Shown here one piece after another: positions 37,810-50,291 of a stretch of DNA of 64,000 nucleotides. Below the pieces are notes generated by a model, which was not told where the DNA came from, did no database searches, and saw only the letters and a program-made list of their open reading frames with translations. Origin of the DNA: Mobula birostris (lineage: Eukaryota); contig NC_092397.1 of the NCBI RefSeq assembly GCF_030028105.1, forward strand, positions 26,980,630-27,044,629, in the 5' to 3' direction. Each line of letters begins with the position of its first letter. Position 1 is the first letter of the stretch. The translations under genes were made by a program, and so were the position numbers.

Positions 37810-40800
37810 TTGTGAGCCCATAAAATATAGGAGCAGAATTAGTCACTTTGGCCCATTGAATCTGCTCTGCCATTTCATCCATTTCCCTGTCAGTCCCAAT
37901 CTCCTGATTAGTCCCTGTAATCCATCATGCCCTGAATAATCAAGAAACTAGCAGCCCCTGCCTCAAATATACTCAATGACAGCCTCGACATTAGCCTCTG
38001 GCAACAAATTCCACTCTCTGGCAAAGGAAATTCCTCCTCATATCTGTTTAAAGTCCCTCTATTCTGAGGCCATGGCCTCTGATCCTGGACTCCCCCTCCA
38101 TTGGAAACGTCATCTCCATATCCACTCGACCACGGCCTTTCTACACTTGAGAGGTTTCAATGAGATTCCTTCTCATTCATCTGAATTCTGGTGAGTACAG
38201 GCCCAGAACATTCAAATGGTCTTCATATGATAACCCTTTGAATCCCAGAGTCATTCTTGTGAACGTCCTCTGAACCTTCACACCCTTCCTTAGATAAGGG
38301 CCTAGAATTGCTCACAATACTCCAAGTGAGTCCTTACCAGAGCCTCAAAGCCTCAACATTACATCCTTGGCTCTTCTATTCTAGTCCTCTCGACACTGTA
38401 TCCCATCTGCCATTAAATATCCATTCTCCTAATCCATCTAAGCCCTTCTGTAGCCTCTCTGCTTGCTCAGCACTATCTGCCTCTCCATGTATTTTTGTAC
38501 TGTCCGCAAAGCCATCAATTCCATCATTCTAATTACTGACATACAGCATAAAAAGAAGCGATCCAAAAACTGATCGCTGTAGAACTCTGCAGGCAACCAG
38601 AAAAGGCTCATTTTACTCCCACTCTGACTCCTGCAAATCAGCTATTATCTTTCCTGTAATATCATGGGTTCTTAACTTGTTAAGCAGCCTCATGTGCAGC
38701 ACCTTGTGATATACAAAGGACCAGACAGGGCACTGAGTGTATTACAGATTGGAGTTTCAGTGAGGTGGTCTCTCCTGAGGTACAGGCAGCAGGTAGCTGA
38801 GTGACTGTGAGGAGAGGTAACGGGAACAGGCCCTCAGTACAGCAAGCTCCTGTGGCCATTCCCCTCGGCAACACTGAACCTCTTTTTGCTACTGCTGGGG
38901 GATGTCCTGTCACTGAGACTGGCTCTGAAGCTTACCGGGTGAGGGCTGTCAGCCAGGGTGATCGTTCTGAGTAAATCGATAGATGAGTTGGTGGGGGTCA
39001 GTGAGAGATTCTGGATCCACAAAATGATGGTGTGTTGCCTCCCTGGTGCCAGGGTCAGGGACGTCTCAGAGCAGATACAGAACGGGGGCGGGGGCAGTGT
39101 TCATTCAGCCAGAGGTGGTGGTTGATGTCAGTTTCTAATGGACAGGCAGAAAAGGGAAGGGGTGCCACACAGTGAATATAGAGAGTTAGGGAAGAAGTTA
39201 AAGAGCGGGACCTGAAGGGTTATAACCTCCAGGTAAATCCCAGTGCCGTGTGGTAGTGGTGTTAGGGACAGAAAGTTAGAGCAGATGAATTTGTGGCTGA
39301 GGAGCTGGAGCAGGGGCAGGTTTCAGGATTCTGGATCATTGGAACCTCTTCTGATGACCTGTACAAGAGGGATGGTTTGCACCTTCACTGGAGGGCGGTC
39401 AGTATCATGAGGTTCATTGCTGCTCCCTGGGAGGGCTGAAACGAGATTGACAGGGGGATGTGAACCGGAACACCAGTCACTGAATGGAGAGATTGAAGCT
39501 GAGTTTGATGTCATGCACAGTAATGTTGTAAGGATGGATTTTGAGGCAAATCCACATCTGACATGGAGTTTTTTTTAAAGACCAGCTGCACAGTGTTTCA
39601 GGGCCAGTTTGTTCCAGTGAGAGGGAGGGTCAAGGTCAGCAAGGTACAGGAACCTTGGATGATGAGAGAGGAAATTAATTTAGTCAAGGAGGAGGAAAAA
39701 GCATTTGTAAGGTTTAGGAAGCTGAAATCAAACAGGGTGAGGTGTCCAACAAGGTCCCACATGGTAGGCTCAACAAGGAGTTTAGGATGGGTCCACAGTG
39801 ATGTGGCCTATTGTCTTTCCCATGGAAGGGAGTGGTTAGTGGTGCATGGGTCCTGTTCTGGGTGGAGGTCTGTGATGAGTTGTGATCCAGAGATGTTTGT
39901 ACTGGGACCTCGGTTACTCGTGATATAAATGATGTGGATAAAAATGTGGTAATCTGGGTTTACAGATGGCACACAGATTTGTGAACACTGTGCATTGCAC
40001 AGAAGAGTTCCAAACGATACAGCTGGATATTGAACAGTTGCTGATATGGTAGGAACATTAACAGTATTGACAAAGAGAAGGATGATGGAGTCCAAGCATA
40101 CAGTCTCACTGAAACTGCGAGCACAGGTTGACGGGGAGGTGAAGTCGTGCATGGCATGTTTGTCTTCCTCAGGCAAGGTATTGAGTTCAAGCACCAGGAC
40201 ATGATGTTACAGGTTTCTAAAAGCTGGTGAGGCCACATTGAGAGTACAGTGCTCAGTTCTGGTCACCTCATTATTGGAAGCGTGTGGAGGTTGTGGAGCA
40301 GATGCAGAGGTGGTTTACCAGGATGTCTGGTCTGGAGGTGGTGTTCGGTGAGGAGAGGCTGCACATGTTGGAGCTTTTTCCTCTAGTGGCGTCAGCTCAG
40401 GAGAGAGTTGACAGAAATTTATAGATGTTTGCAGGTCATTGTTGGTGTAGATAGCTAGCAATACTTTTTACAGGCGTGAATTGCCTTCTACTAGTTGACA
40501 TGTATTTAAGGTCAGAGGAAGGAAGTGAAGAAAACAGAGTAGTGGAGGTTTTGAATGCACTGCCAGGGGTGGTGGCAGAGGCAGAGAACACAGGAATATT
40601 TAAGGAAATCTCAGACAGGCACAGGAATAAGTAGAGAAGGGCCAAAGTTCCACCCCTGTACTGTCCTGTGTTCATGAACAGCAGATGGCCCCGGGCATGG
40701 ATTCATGCACGAGGCTGGGGTATTATATCGCAAACGATAAATGGTTGTGCGAGGGGCAACAAATGCTACAAATACCTGTCGCATTTCACAGTACAAATGC

Positions 40801-41450
40801 TACAGGTATGATGGAGTGGAGGGAAGAGAGGAGGAAGAGATGTGCTTGATCAGAGAGAACATCTCAGTGGTACTTGGAGATTGTCCCAATAATATTGAAG
40901 TAAGGAAGGGATAGCAAACACCAGAGGGCATATGGACAAAGTCAAGGGAGGGAAGTTTAGGGCAGACATTAGGGGAGGGGTAGTTCTTTTTTTAAAGAGG
41001 GTTGTGGGTGCCTGGAATGATTTGCCAGGGACGGTGGTGGAGGCTAAAACATTAGGGGTAATTTAAGAGACTCTTGGACAGGCACATGGATGAAAGAAAT
41101 ACAGAGGGTTACGGAGTAGTGTGTGTTTAGTACTTTTTTTTAAAAAATGAATCTATGGGTCGGCACAACATCGAGGGCTGAAAGGCCTGTACTGTGCTGT
41201 GCTGTTCTAGGATGTTTTGATGGGATTGTATTATTGGCCATCAAATATCAGGAGTCAACAAGGTTGTAATAGAGGGACATTTCAACTTCTCTCACGCTGA
41301 CTGGGACAGCCGTTATGCTAAGGGTTTGGTGGATCAGAATTTATTCAATGTGCCCAGGAGATTCTTCTCAATCAGTATTTCGAAGTTCCTACCAGAGACA
41401 GGGCAACACTGAACCTCTTTGTGGGAAATCAGACTCGACAAGTGACGGGT
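37810..41450. mobile_element. Multiple old CR1 remnants on both strands
   Basis: CR1 tails, esterase-region and RT-region similarity. Confidence 0.6.
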
Positions 41451-41513
41451 CCTTCGGTGCTGGAGACCTCGATCCACCCACCCACCCACGCGCCCCCCCC
41501 CCCGCTCCCTGGC

Positions 41514-41563
41514 ACAAACCAAAGTCTGTTCTCAGAGCGACCCACCGCCTGACAGAGGGAGCC
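41514..41563 (+). pseudogene. Orphan, degenerate histone 3' end (stem-loop + HDE) with no CDS
   Basis: ACAAACCAAA-GTCTGTTCTCAGAGCG-ACCCACCGCCTGACAGAGGGAGCC; 3 mismatches to the stem-loop consensus; downstream part resembles the H4 3' ends in this window. Confidence 0.7.
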
Positions 41564-42127
41564 TCTCGGGAAATCTGACCAAACTCTCTCGCAAAATATT
41601 CATTTATATTTCAGAGACCTGGGTGGACGAGATTTCCAGTAAATACTGTCAGTTCCACACGGTAAATGCACTTTTGTAGATAAATGTAAATATTATTGTT
41701 CTGTGAGGCGGTGGAAATTCTCATGAGGCAACGAACAGGCGATTTTCCCGCCTGCTGCACACCGGAACGGTCCCGGGTCAACCCGCAATGTCAAACCCAG
41801 ACAACGCGGATTTAGGTCATGAAGAGCGGAGTCGTACAATGATCGAATATTAAATTCTCTGTCCGGGGGCTGACTCTGGAAATTAATTTCACGACCCTAG
41901 GCCGAGTGAACCCGCTGACTCTCCGCAAGGGGAGAGCTGCATTGCGCCGGCAGAGAGGGGAAATGAGTCAGGACCGAAGCGGACCGATTTCTGTGCAGAT
42001 AGATATCGGTTTACTTCGCGGAAGAAACGTGACGGACATTGAACTGTCGTGACTGTGACAGATACAGAGTCCAGTTACTCGGAACGGAAATCACCCGCTG
42101 CTCAGCCCTTCCACAGACACTGTGAGT

Positions 42128-42143
42128 GGCTCTGAAAAGAGCC
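42128..42143 (-). promoter_or_regulatory. Histone 3' stem-loop of H2A
   Basis: Reverse complement reads GGCTCTTTTCAGAGCC-ACTCA. Confidence 0.97.
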
Positions 42144-42173
42144 TTTGGGTAAATAGGTTCAGCTTACGTCGCT

Positions 42174-42557
42174 TCACTTACTGGCACCGCCGGTTTTCTT
42201 GGGCAACAGCACGGCCTGGATATTGGGTAACACACCGCCCTGAGCGATAGTCACCCCTCCCAGCAGCTTGTTCAGCTCCTCGTCGTTGCGGACGGCCAGC
42301 TGCAGGTGTCGGGGGATGATGCGGGTTTTCTTATTGTCCCGGGCCGCGTTGCCGGCCAATTCGAGGATTTCGGCTGTCAGATACTCGAGCACAGCAGCCA
42401 GGTAGACCGGGGCTCCAGCACCCACCCGCTCAGCATAGTTGCCCTTTCTTAGGAGTCTGTGAACCCGGCCGACCGGGAACTGCAGTCCAGCCCGAGACGA
42501 GCGAGATTTGGCCTTGGACCGAACTTTGCCAGCGGTGCCTTTTCCACGTCCAGACAT
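42174..42557 (-). CDS. H2A: Histone H2A (127 aa; true start MSGRGK lies inside the longer ORF call)
   Basis: [43 protein letters not shown]...VLLPKKT; TATAAAAA near 42622-42629 (-) and CCAAT boxes upstream; no SQ(E/D)Y, so not H2A.X. Confidence 0.98.
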   Translation of the reverse strand: MSGRGKGTAGKVRSKAKSRSSRAGLQFPVGRVHRLLRKGNYAERVGAGAPVYLAAVLEYLTAEILELAGNAARDNKKTRIIPRHLQLAVRNDEELNKLLGGVTIAQGGVLPNIQAVLLPKKTGGASK

Positions 42558-43439
42558 TTTCACAGTCACCACAACTGCTCCAAAGAGAATGAAACAATGT
42601 TCGCCACGCCCCATCTCGCCCTTTTTATACGTTCTTTGAGAATGCAAACTGATATTTGTGATTGGTGTAAATTTTCTTATTCTCATTGGTGAAGAGAAAT
42701 GTCCCAATCGAAGAGCTGCCTTAATAACCAATCAGCAGTCCGTAAAGATAGAAGCGCCGAAAGTAACCGTCTCCTTCCCAAAGTACACTGAAATTTCGAA
42801 AAAGCCCGCCAAAAAAATAAATCTCTTCTTCAGATTTAATCAGAAATTAAATAATTGCTGATCTGTTTGACGATTGAGTGTTCGTACTTCCCCGTTACTG
42901 AAACCGGGCACATTTAATGCAAGTGTAGTTGATATTGAAATGTCTGGGAACTCAATCCTCTAATTTCTTTCAACCCGTAACGGAACCGAGTAAAACTGAA
43001 TCTCAGCTTCTGCCCGGTGCCGGTCATTGCGTAAACGTTATCAGGTTATGGACAAACGGCTCTTCTCAAACTGTGACCAGCGGCTCGTCTGCAATTTAAA
43101 AATGTTCTATGAAACAATCATGAACTCGTTCAGGCCTCGCATTGAAATAATATTCAGAGAAGTTACCCAACTGTAACTAACAAACTCCAGAACCCACAGC
43201 TAAAACAGCAAAGGCAGCAATCCTCCGCTCGTCATGGATACCGGTGGGGACGGACTGATGAGGATTTGAAGGTAACAAGTCCGTGTACGTGCAGTGGGAG
43301 GAATGTAAAACACCGGGATTATACGGAGATGAACCGGATACTCCAACCCTACCTTAGCTCTTGTAAAAGACACCAGACATAAAATGTGTGCAATTTAATG
43401 TCTAAATTTTAGTACAACCCTCTTAGTGAAATTGTGAGT

Positions 43440-43455
43440 GGCTCTTAAAAGAGAC
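43440..43455 (-). promoter_or_regulatory. Histone 3' stem-loop of H2B, with stem position 2 G>T
   Basis: Reverse complement reads GTCTCTTTTAAGAGCC instead of GGCTCTTTTAAGAGCC. Confidence 0.9.
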
Positions 43456-43486
43456 GTTTTGTTTTCGATCATCGCACTGGAGAGCT

Positions 43487-43861
43487 TTACTTGGAGCTGG
43501 TGTACTTGGTCACCGCCTTTGTCCCTTCGGACACGGCGTGCTTGGCCAGCTCCCCGGGCAGCAGCAAGCGCACGGCGGTCTGGATCTCCCGTGAGGTGAT
43601 AGTTGACCGCTTGTTGTAGTGGGCCAGGCGGGAAGCCTCGCCCCCGATTCTCTCGAAGATATCGTTGACGAACGAGTTCATGATGCTCATGGCCTTGGAG
43701 GAGATGCCAGTATCGGGGTGAACCTGCTTCATCACTTTGTAGATGTAGATGGAGTAACTCTCCTTCCTCAGCCTCTTGCGCTTCTTCCCTGCCTTGCCTG
43801 CTGGTTTGGACAAAACTTTCTTGGTGCCCTTCTTCGGAGCGGATTTCGCTGGCTCAGGCAT
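43487..43861 (-). CDS. H2B: Histone H2B
   Basis: 124-aa [15 protein letters not shown]...[26 protein letters not shown]...KYTSSK; octamer-like ATTAGCAT and TATTTAG upstream. Confidence 0.97.
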   Translation of the reverse strand: MPEPAKSAPKKGTKKVLSKPAGKAGKKRKRLRKESYSIYIYKVMKQVHPDTGISSKAMSIMNSFVNDIFERIGGEASRLAHYNKRSTITSREIQTAVRLLLPGELAKHAVSEGTKAVTKYTSSK

Positions 43862-45300
43862 TTCTTCCGTCGGTTTCAGACCCTGAAGAAGCAGAACTGA
43901 CTCGGAGCACGAACTAAATAGGCAGCGCCCGGAACAGTATGCTAATGAGGTTGGGTGTTCTCATATTTCCCCACACTCTGTTCCATCTGTCACATTCTCA
44001 ACCATTCACTCTCCTGTCTACATCCCTCAAACCTTCTCACTACTGACACTGTCCCTCCTGCTCTGCCACAGCAGCAGACATAGTCACTGAGTTATGCAGC
44101 ACAGAAACGGGCCCTTCAGCCCAACACATCCATGCTGACCAAGTGGCCAAACAAAACCATTGTCAGGTGCCTGCATTTGGCCCATGTCCCTGTGAAACTT
44201 CCTTCTCCACAGTCCAAGAGATATTGCAACTGTGCCCAACTATACCACCACTTGGGGTAGTTTGTTCCATGTAAACAGCACATTCTGTGTATAAAACCTG
44301 TTCCTCAGGATCCCATTTAAAACTTCCCTCTTTCACTTTATATCTGTAATCTCTCGCTTCCAACTCCATATCCCTGGAGATAACAGATTCACTATTGACC
44401 GTATCAATGACTGCCATTATTTTTTCACCTCTCTAATGTCACATACAATCTGGTGAGAAAGGTCCTGGCCTATCCAGCCTCCTGTTAAATCCCTTTTGCA
44501 CCCTCTCCAGTTTCATGTCACCCTCTGATCCCAGGGCAACTATAACTGTACTCCGTGCTCCGAGAGTAGTTTCCCCGAGGCTGGTAGAGCTGTAATGTGA
44601 CGTCACAGTCCAGTGCCCGATACTCTGACCGATGAATGCGAGTGTGGCGAACAGCTTCTTCACCGTCCTGCCTACCTGTGTTTACACTCTGAAGGAATTC
44701 GATATCTACACCCCGATATCTCTGTTTTACAGCACTCCCAGGGACAGACCATTCCCCACGGCAGTTCTGCCCTGGTTCGTCAATGACAATGGAACATCTC
44801 ACATTTATCTGTCATTCCTCAAATCACTGACCTCATTGATCACCATCCTGTTGTAATGTTAGTTACATTGTTTCACACTCCACGATATCACCAACTTTAC
44901 TGACATCGGCAGATTTGCTGAGCCGGACGTTGACATTGTCAGCCGAGTCTTTAGCAACAGCAGACTTGACTCGAATCCCGGTGCCAGACTATTGATCACA
45001 GGTCTCCAGTCTAAATAATGACTTTTTCTCCGACCACCAGGCCGATATTGTATCCAGTGCCCTGGATCACGTGGTCTCTCCTTCCAGACACGAGTCTCAC
45101 CAGTCTGAAGCTCCCGGGCTTTTCCTTGCAGCGACACACACACAATGCTGGAGGAACTCAGCAGGCCAGACAGCGAGTAAACAGCCGGCGTTTCAGGCCG
45201 AGACCCTCCATCAGCATCTGCACAGTTTCTTGTGTTTAGTTTTCCTTCGATTCTAAATTACTGCATAACATAACCCATCCTCCAGTCCTCTGCCACTACT

Positions 45301-45475
45301 CCTGCCCGAGAAACGCGCAGAGAGGCAGAGGCGGGGAGAGGAGGAGACAGAGTCAGAGTGACGGACAGAGCCGAGACCGGCCTCTCCTCCTCCAGCTCTG
45401 TCTTCACTTTAATACACCCGGCAATTTCCAACGGTTTTTCCGAAACACAGAGCTCCAGAGAGAGAGAGAGAAACA
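45301..45475 (-). promoter_or_regulatory. Orphan H4 upstream/promoter fragment with no gene
   Basis: Near copy of 46380-46545 and 21045-21208 (CCTGCCCGAGAAACGCGCAGAGA...GTCAGAGTGACGGACAGAGCCGAG), broken just before the TATA box. Confidence 0.85.
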
Positions 45476-45993
45476 CACCACGTCATAGTGAAGGATCTCC
45501 AGGAATTTACTGGCGGTCGGACTTCATCGGATCAGAATACAGTGTGATTGGCGCAGGATTAATTTCAAATTGCCCGCCAATTCAGGGCACCCAGCAACGG
45601 TGCTTGACTACTTTTAAAATTATTTACCATTAATTGTATCAAGGATTATACAATGTCAGTTTCTTTTAATGAATTTAATATCTAATTAGAGTTAAGATTT
45701 GAATTCATAATTCTGGAATCGTTTCTCTAAACGCCTGAACTGATTTCTGTTCGAGACGGATAAGAGGATTAAGATCGATCTTAATGCGTTCAGAGGTTCT
45801 GAAGTAATCACCGACTGGAAAGGCAGATTCGCAGGAATATTTCAAGCGGAACCGATTAATCTGTTTCAAATGTAACACAGCTGAATATATCGATAAAAAT
45901 AATTAAAATGTTGTGGATACGGCTCCGTCTGTGAGGCGGTGGGTGGCTCTTAGAAGAGCCTTTGTTTTGTGCTCGGGAGGAGGTGGGAGTTTT

Positions 45994-46314
<321 letters not shown>

Positions 46315-46849
46315 TCACTCAGGTCGCTGCTCACTGACAAACTGCCTGCTGCTGTCTCCTTTTATACACAGCGCCCCGACCTGCCCGAGAAACGCGCAGA
46401 GAGACAGAGGCGGGGAGGGGAGGAGACAGAGTCAGAGTGACGGACAGAGCCGAGAGCGGCCTCTCATCGTCCAGCTCCGCCTTCACTTTACCACAACCGC
46501 CAATTTCCAACGATTCATCCGACACAAAGCGCTCCAGCGAAAAACAAAACGCCCTCACACATCACATACATACTGGAGGATTTCTGGGAATTTGCCGATT
46601 CTCCTGCTTTAAATTATAGAAAGTGCTTTTCCATTCCGCAAATCCCGGAGGACCTCGGTCTGTCCCTCCCCGGCCCCATGACCAGTGCGAGCGCCCTCAC
46701 ACACAGCAGTTGGTGGGCGAGGGTGCAGTTACTTCCAGTGATGAGAGGGTTAATTCATTAGAACAATTGTTCCTCTGGATCGCCAGGGAAATGAAAGACC
46801 GGTCACATACAGGAACAGGATACATAACCAGATAAAAAACTGCGCTTCT

Positions 46850-47429
46850 CTAAGGGTCAGAGCCGTCTCCATTTCCTGAGGAGACTGAGGTCCTTTAACA
46901 TCTGTCGGACGATGCTGAGGATGTTCCACGAGTCTGTGGTGGCCAGTGCTATCATGTTTGCTGTTGTGTGCTGGGGCAGCAGGCTGAGGGTAGCAGACAC
47001 CAACAGAATCAACAAACTCATTCGTAAGGCCAGTGATGTTGTGGGGATGGAACTGGACTCTCTCACGGTGGTGTCTGAAAAGAGGATGCTGTCTAAGTTG
47101 CATGCCATCTCGGTCAATGTCTCCCATCCACTACATAATGTACTGGGTGGGCACAGGAGTACATTCAGCCAGAGACTCATTCCACCGAGATGCAGTACTG
47201 AGCGTCATAGGAAGTCATTCCTGCTTGTGGCCATCAAACTTTACAACTCCTCCCTTGGAGGGTCAGACACCCTGAGCTGATAGGCTGGTCCTGGACTTAT
47301 TTCATAATTTACTGGCATAATTTACATATTACTATTTAAATTATTAATGGTTCTAATACTATTATTTATGGTGCAACTGTAACAAAAACCAATTTCTCCC
47401 GGGATCAATAAAGTATGACAATGACTATG
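46850..47429 (+). mobile_element. Rex1/Babar-like LINE 3' fragment, right arm only
   Basis: HPLHNVL...RRSFL-type motif (RKSFLLVAIKLYN); AATAAA plus TATGAC tail; 6-bp duplication GCTTCT; empty site near 20741 in the left arm. Confidence 0.85.
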
Positions 47430-47619
47430 GCTTCTGGGATCTTCTAAAGCCCAGGTAAAGTGGTGGCTGAGGAGCGGTTGCGAGGTGGGTGGGTTTTCAG
47501 GTACAAGGATCATTGGGTTTCAAGGGAAACGAGAGATGGGTCCAAGGAGGAGGGGAGCCAATATGTTTCCGGGGAGCCGCCTTCATGCTACACGGAAGGG
47601 TTTAAACGAGCAGGGATGA

Positions 47620-50070
47620 GGTCCTGCACAGTGATTTTCGGGAACAAGGTTAACAAAAATCAGGACTTCCAGGATTGTATTACGATTCAAAGCATGTGGC
47701 TGTGGGGTGGGAAATCGATATTTCATGCAGTTTAATATGTTGCTGAGGAACTGATGCGGGAGGGAGGTCTTCATGGATCAATGGGTTCTCTTCCAGGCAG
47801 GTGGGAGACCAGGACAGTCGAGACCATTTGCATCTGAACCGGACGGTAACCAACATTTTCGCCAGGAGGTTTGATGGTGTCACTTGGCAGAGTTTGAACT
47901 AGAGTAGCAAGTGGGAGAATGTATGTATGACAAGACAGTCTGAAAAGAACGAGAGCCAATGTCAGGCTAATAAACATGGTGGGACTGATCGGCTGAAATG
48001 AGTTTATTTCAACATTAGGAGTGTTATGTTGTCAGACGGACAGGGCTGGCAGCTCAACATTCTTGGGTTTGATTGTTTTACATGTGACTGGGGATGGGGG
48101 GTGCGGTTAAAAGATGCAGAGGTTACCCCACTGGGAATGTCACAGCAAACTGGAAGGCTCATTTACAGAGGCGATCTGCAGTTACACTGATGGGATTATT
48201 GTATTGGCCCCCAATAACCACCGGGAGGTGGAGGATCGGATATGTTGATGCTTATGGAGAGGTGCAGAACAACAGGGTTGTCATAGTGAGGGACTTCATC
48301 TTCCCTAGAATTGACTGGATCTTGCTTAATACTTAGATGCGCAAGATTTGTTCAGTGAATTAGAGGAGTGTTTGGAACATTATGTACAGGGCCCAACCAG
48401 AGTTGAGAACATACAGGAATTAGTTTTGAGAAACGAGCCAGGCCAGCTAACAGCCGAGAGTCAGTGAACATTTTGGGAACAGTGATCACTACTTTTTTTT
48501 TTTAAAACTTATGAGTAGAATAAAATTAGATCTTGTATGAATGTACTAATTTGCAGGAGGACAAGTCAGGACGGAGGAAGACAGGAGCCAAGGGGCATTG
48601 ATCGGGAGCAGCCACTGTCAGACAAGTCCACATCTGACATGTGGGAGTTGTTTAAAGAGCAGCAACTCTGAGTTCAGGATCAGCATGTTCGGTGAGGAGT
48701 GAGGAGGGGGAAGGGAACTTCGGATGAGCACAGAGATCCTAAATTTAGACAGAAGGATATGTAAGGTTTGTGAAGCTAAAGTCAGACTGGGTACCTTTGG
48801 AATATAACGATAGCAGGGAAATGCTAAAGCAGATGATAGGAAAGGCCAAATCGGGGCCACAACCGGTCCTTGTGAAGTGGGACGAAAGATAATCCCAAGG
48901 CCTTGTGACTTGTATTAATAAAACGAGGATAACCAGAGAATGGAAAGGTCAACTCAAGATTAAAGGAGGAATGATGTGGTTGAAGTCAGACCAAGTGGCT
49001 GAGGTACTAAATGGGTACGTTGTGTTAGTATTTATGAGAAGGAATTGAATGGCAATGAAAACAGAGTGAGACATGCTAATGTGCAGAGACATGTTGAGAT
49101 TAAGGAGGAGGTTGTGCTGGGATGTCTGAAAATCAATAAGATGGATAACACCCCAGGCCTGAAGGCATATATCCTACAATAGTAAAGGAAGCAGGCGAGC
49201 AGATTGCTGGGGATTTGACAAGGATCTATGTGTCCTCGATCACAACATGTGAGGTCCCACAGGACTGGAGTGTTGCAAATGTTGCAGTTTTGATTAAGAA
49301 GGGAAATAACAAGAATCCAGGAACCTATAGGCAAGGCAGCCTCATTTCAGTGGTAGAGAAGCTACTGGGGAGGATATTGAGGTACAGGATTTATGCACAT
49401 TTGGAAAGGCATGGCCTGTTAAGGGACAATCAGCATGATTTTCTGTGGGCAGATCACACATGATAAAATTGATTGAGGTTTTTGAGGAGATAATACAGAC
49501 TAAGGTATAGGAGCAGAATCAGACCATTTGGCCCATCAAGTCTGCTCCGACATTTCATTGTGGCTGATCCATTTTTCCTCTCAGCCCCAGTCTCCTGCCT
49601 TTCCCCTGTATCCCTTCATACTCTGACCAATCAAGAATCTATCAACCTCCGCCTTAAATATACATAAAGTCCTGGCTTAACAGCTTCCTTTGGGAATGAA
49701 TTCTACAGATTCACCACTCTCTGGCTAAAGAAATTCCCCATCTCCACATTCTACAAGGACGATCCTCTATTCTGAGGCTATGTCCTCTGATATTATACAG
49801 TCCCATCTTCTGCACATCCACTTTATCACTGCCTTTGACCATTTGATAGGTTTCAAATGGGCCACCCCTCATTGTTCAGAAATTCCAGAGAAAACAGGCC
49901 CAGAGCCATCAAACGCTCTTCATATGACAAGCTGTTTCATCCAGGAATCAAACTGGAGAACGTCCTTTGAAACCCACCCAATTTCAGCTCATCCTTCCTA
50001 AGGTAAAGGGTCCAAAACTGCTCACAATACACCAATGAGGCCTCCCCAGGTTTATAAAGTCTGATCATTA
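47620..50070. mobile_element. Old CR1 remnants
   Basis: VPQDWSVANVAVLIKKG; VVIVRDF; CR1 tail near 49500. Confidence 0.65.
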
Positions 50071-50291
50071 TCATGATTGGTGCAGATATTGTGGGTCGAA
50101 GGGCAGGTTGCATCTGTCCCATATTGTGTACTGTCGAATATGTTTGATCTAAAAGCTATTGCAGGGACATGGTTACAGAGAGTGGAACTGGGAATTCGAC
50201 CTTCCACTGTATTCAATGTTCCACACAGAATCGGCAAAATGGAAAGGAGCAGGGTGGATTTGTTCATAACGTGCTGGTGAAGGAGTGGATA

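Noticed and set aside
42558-42731. 58-aa N-terminal extension of H2A in the ORF track
   Set aside because: It runs through the TATA and CCAAT promoter elements; the canonical MSGRGK start is at 42557.
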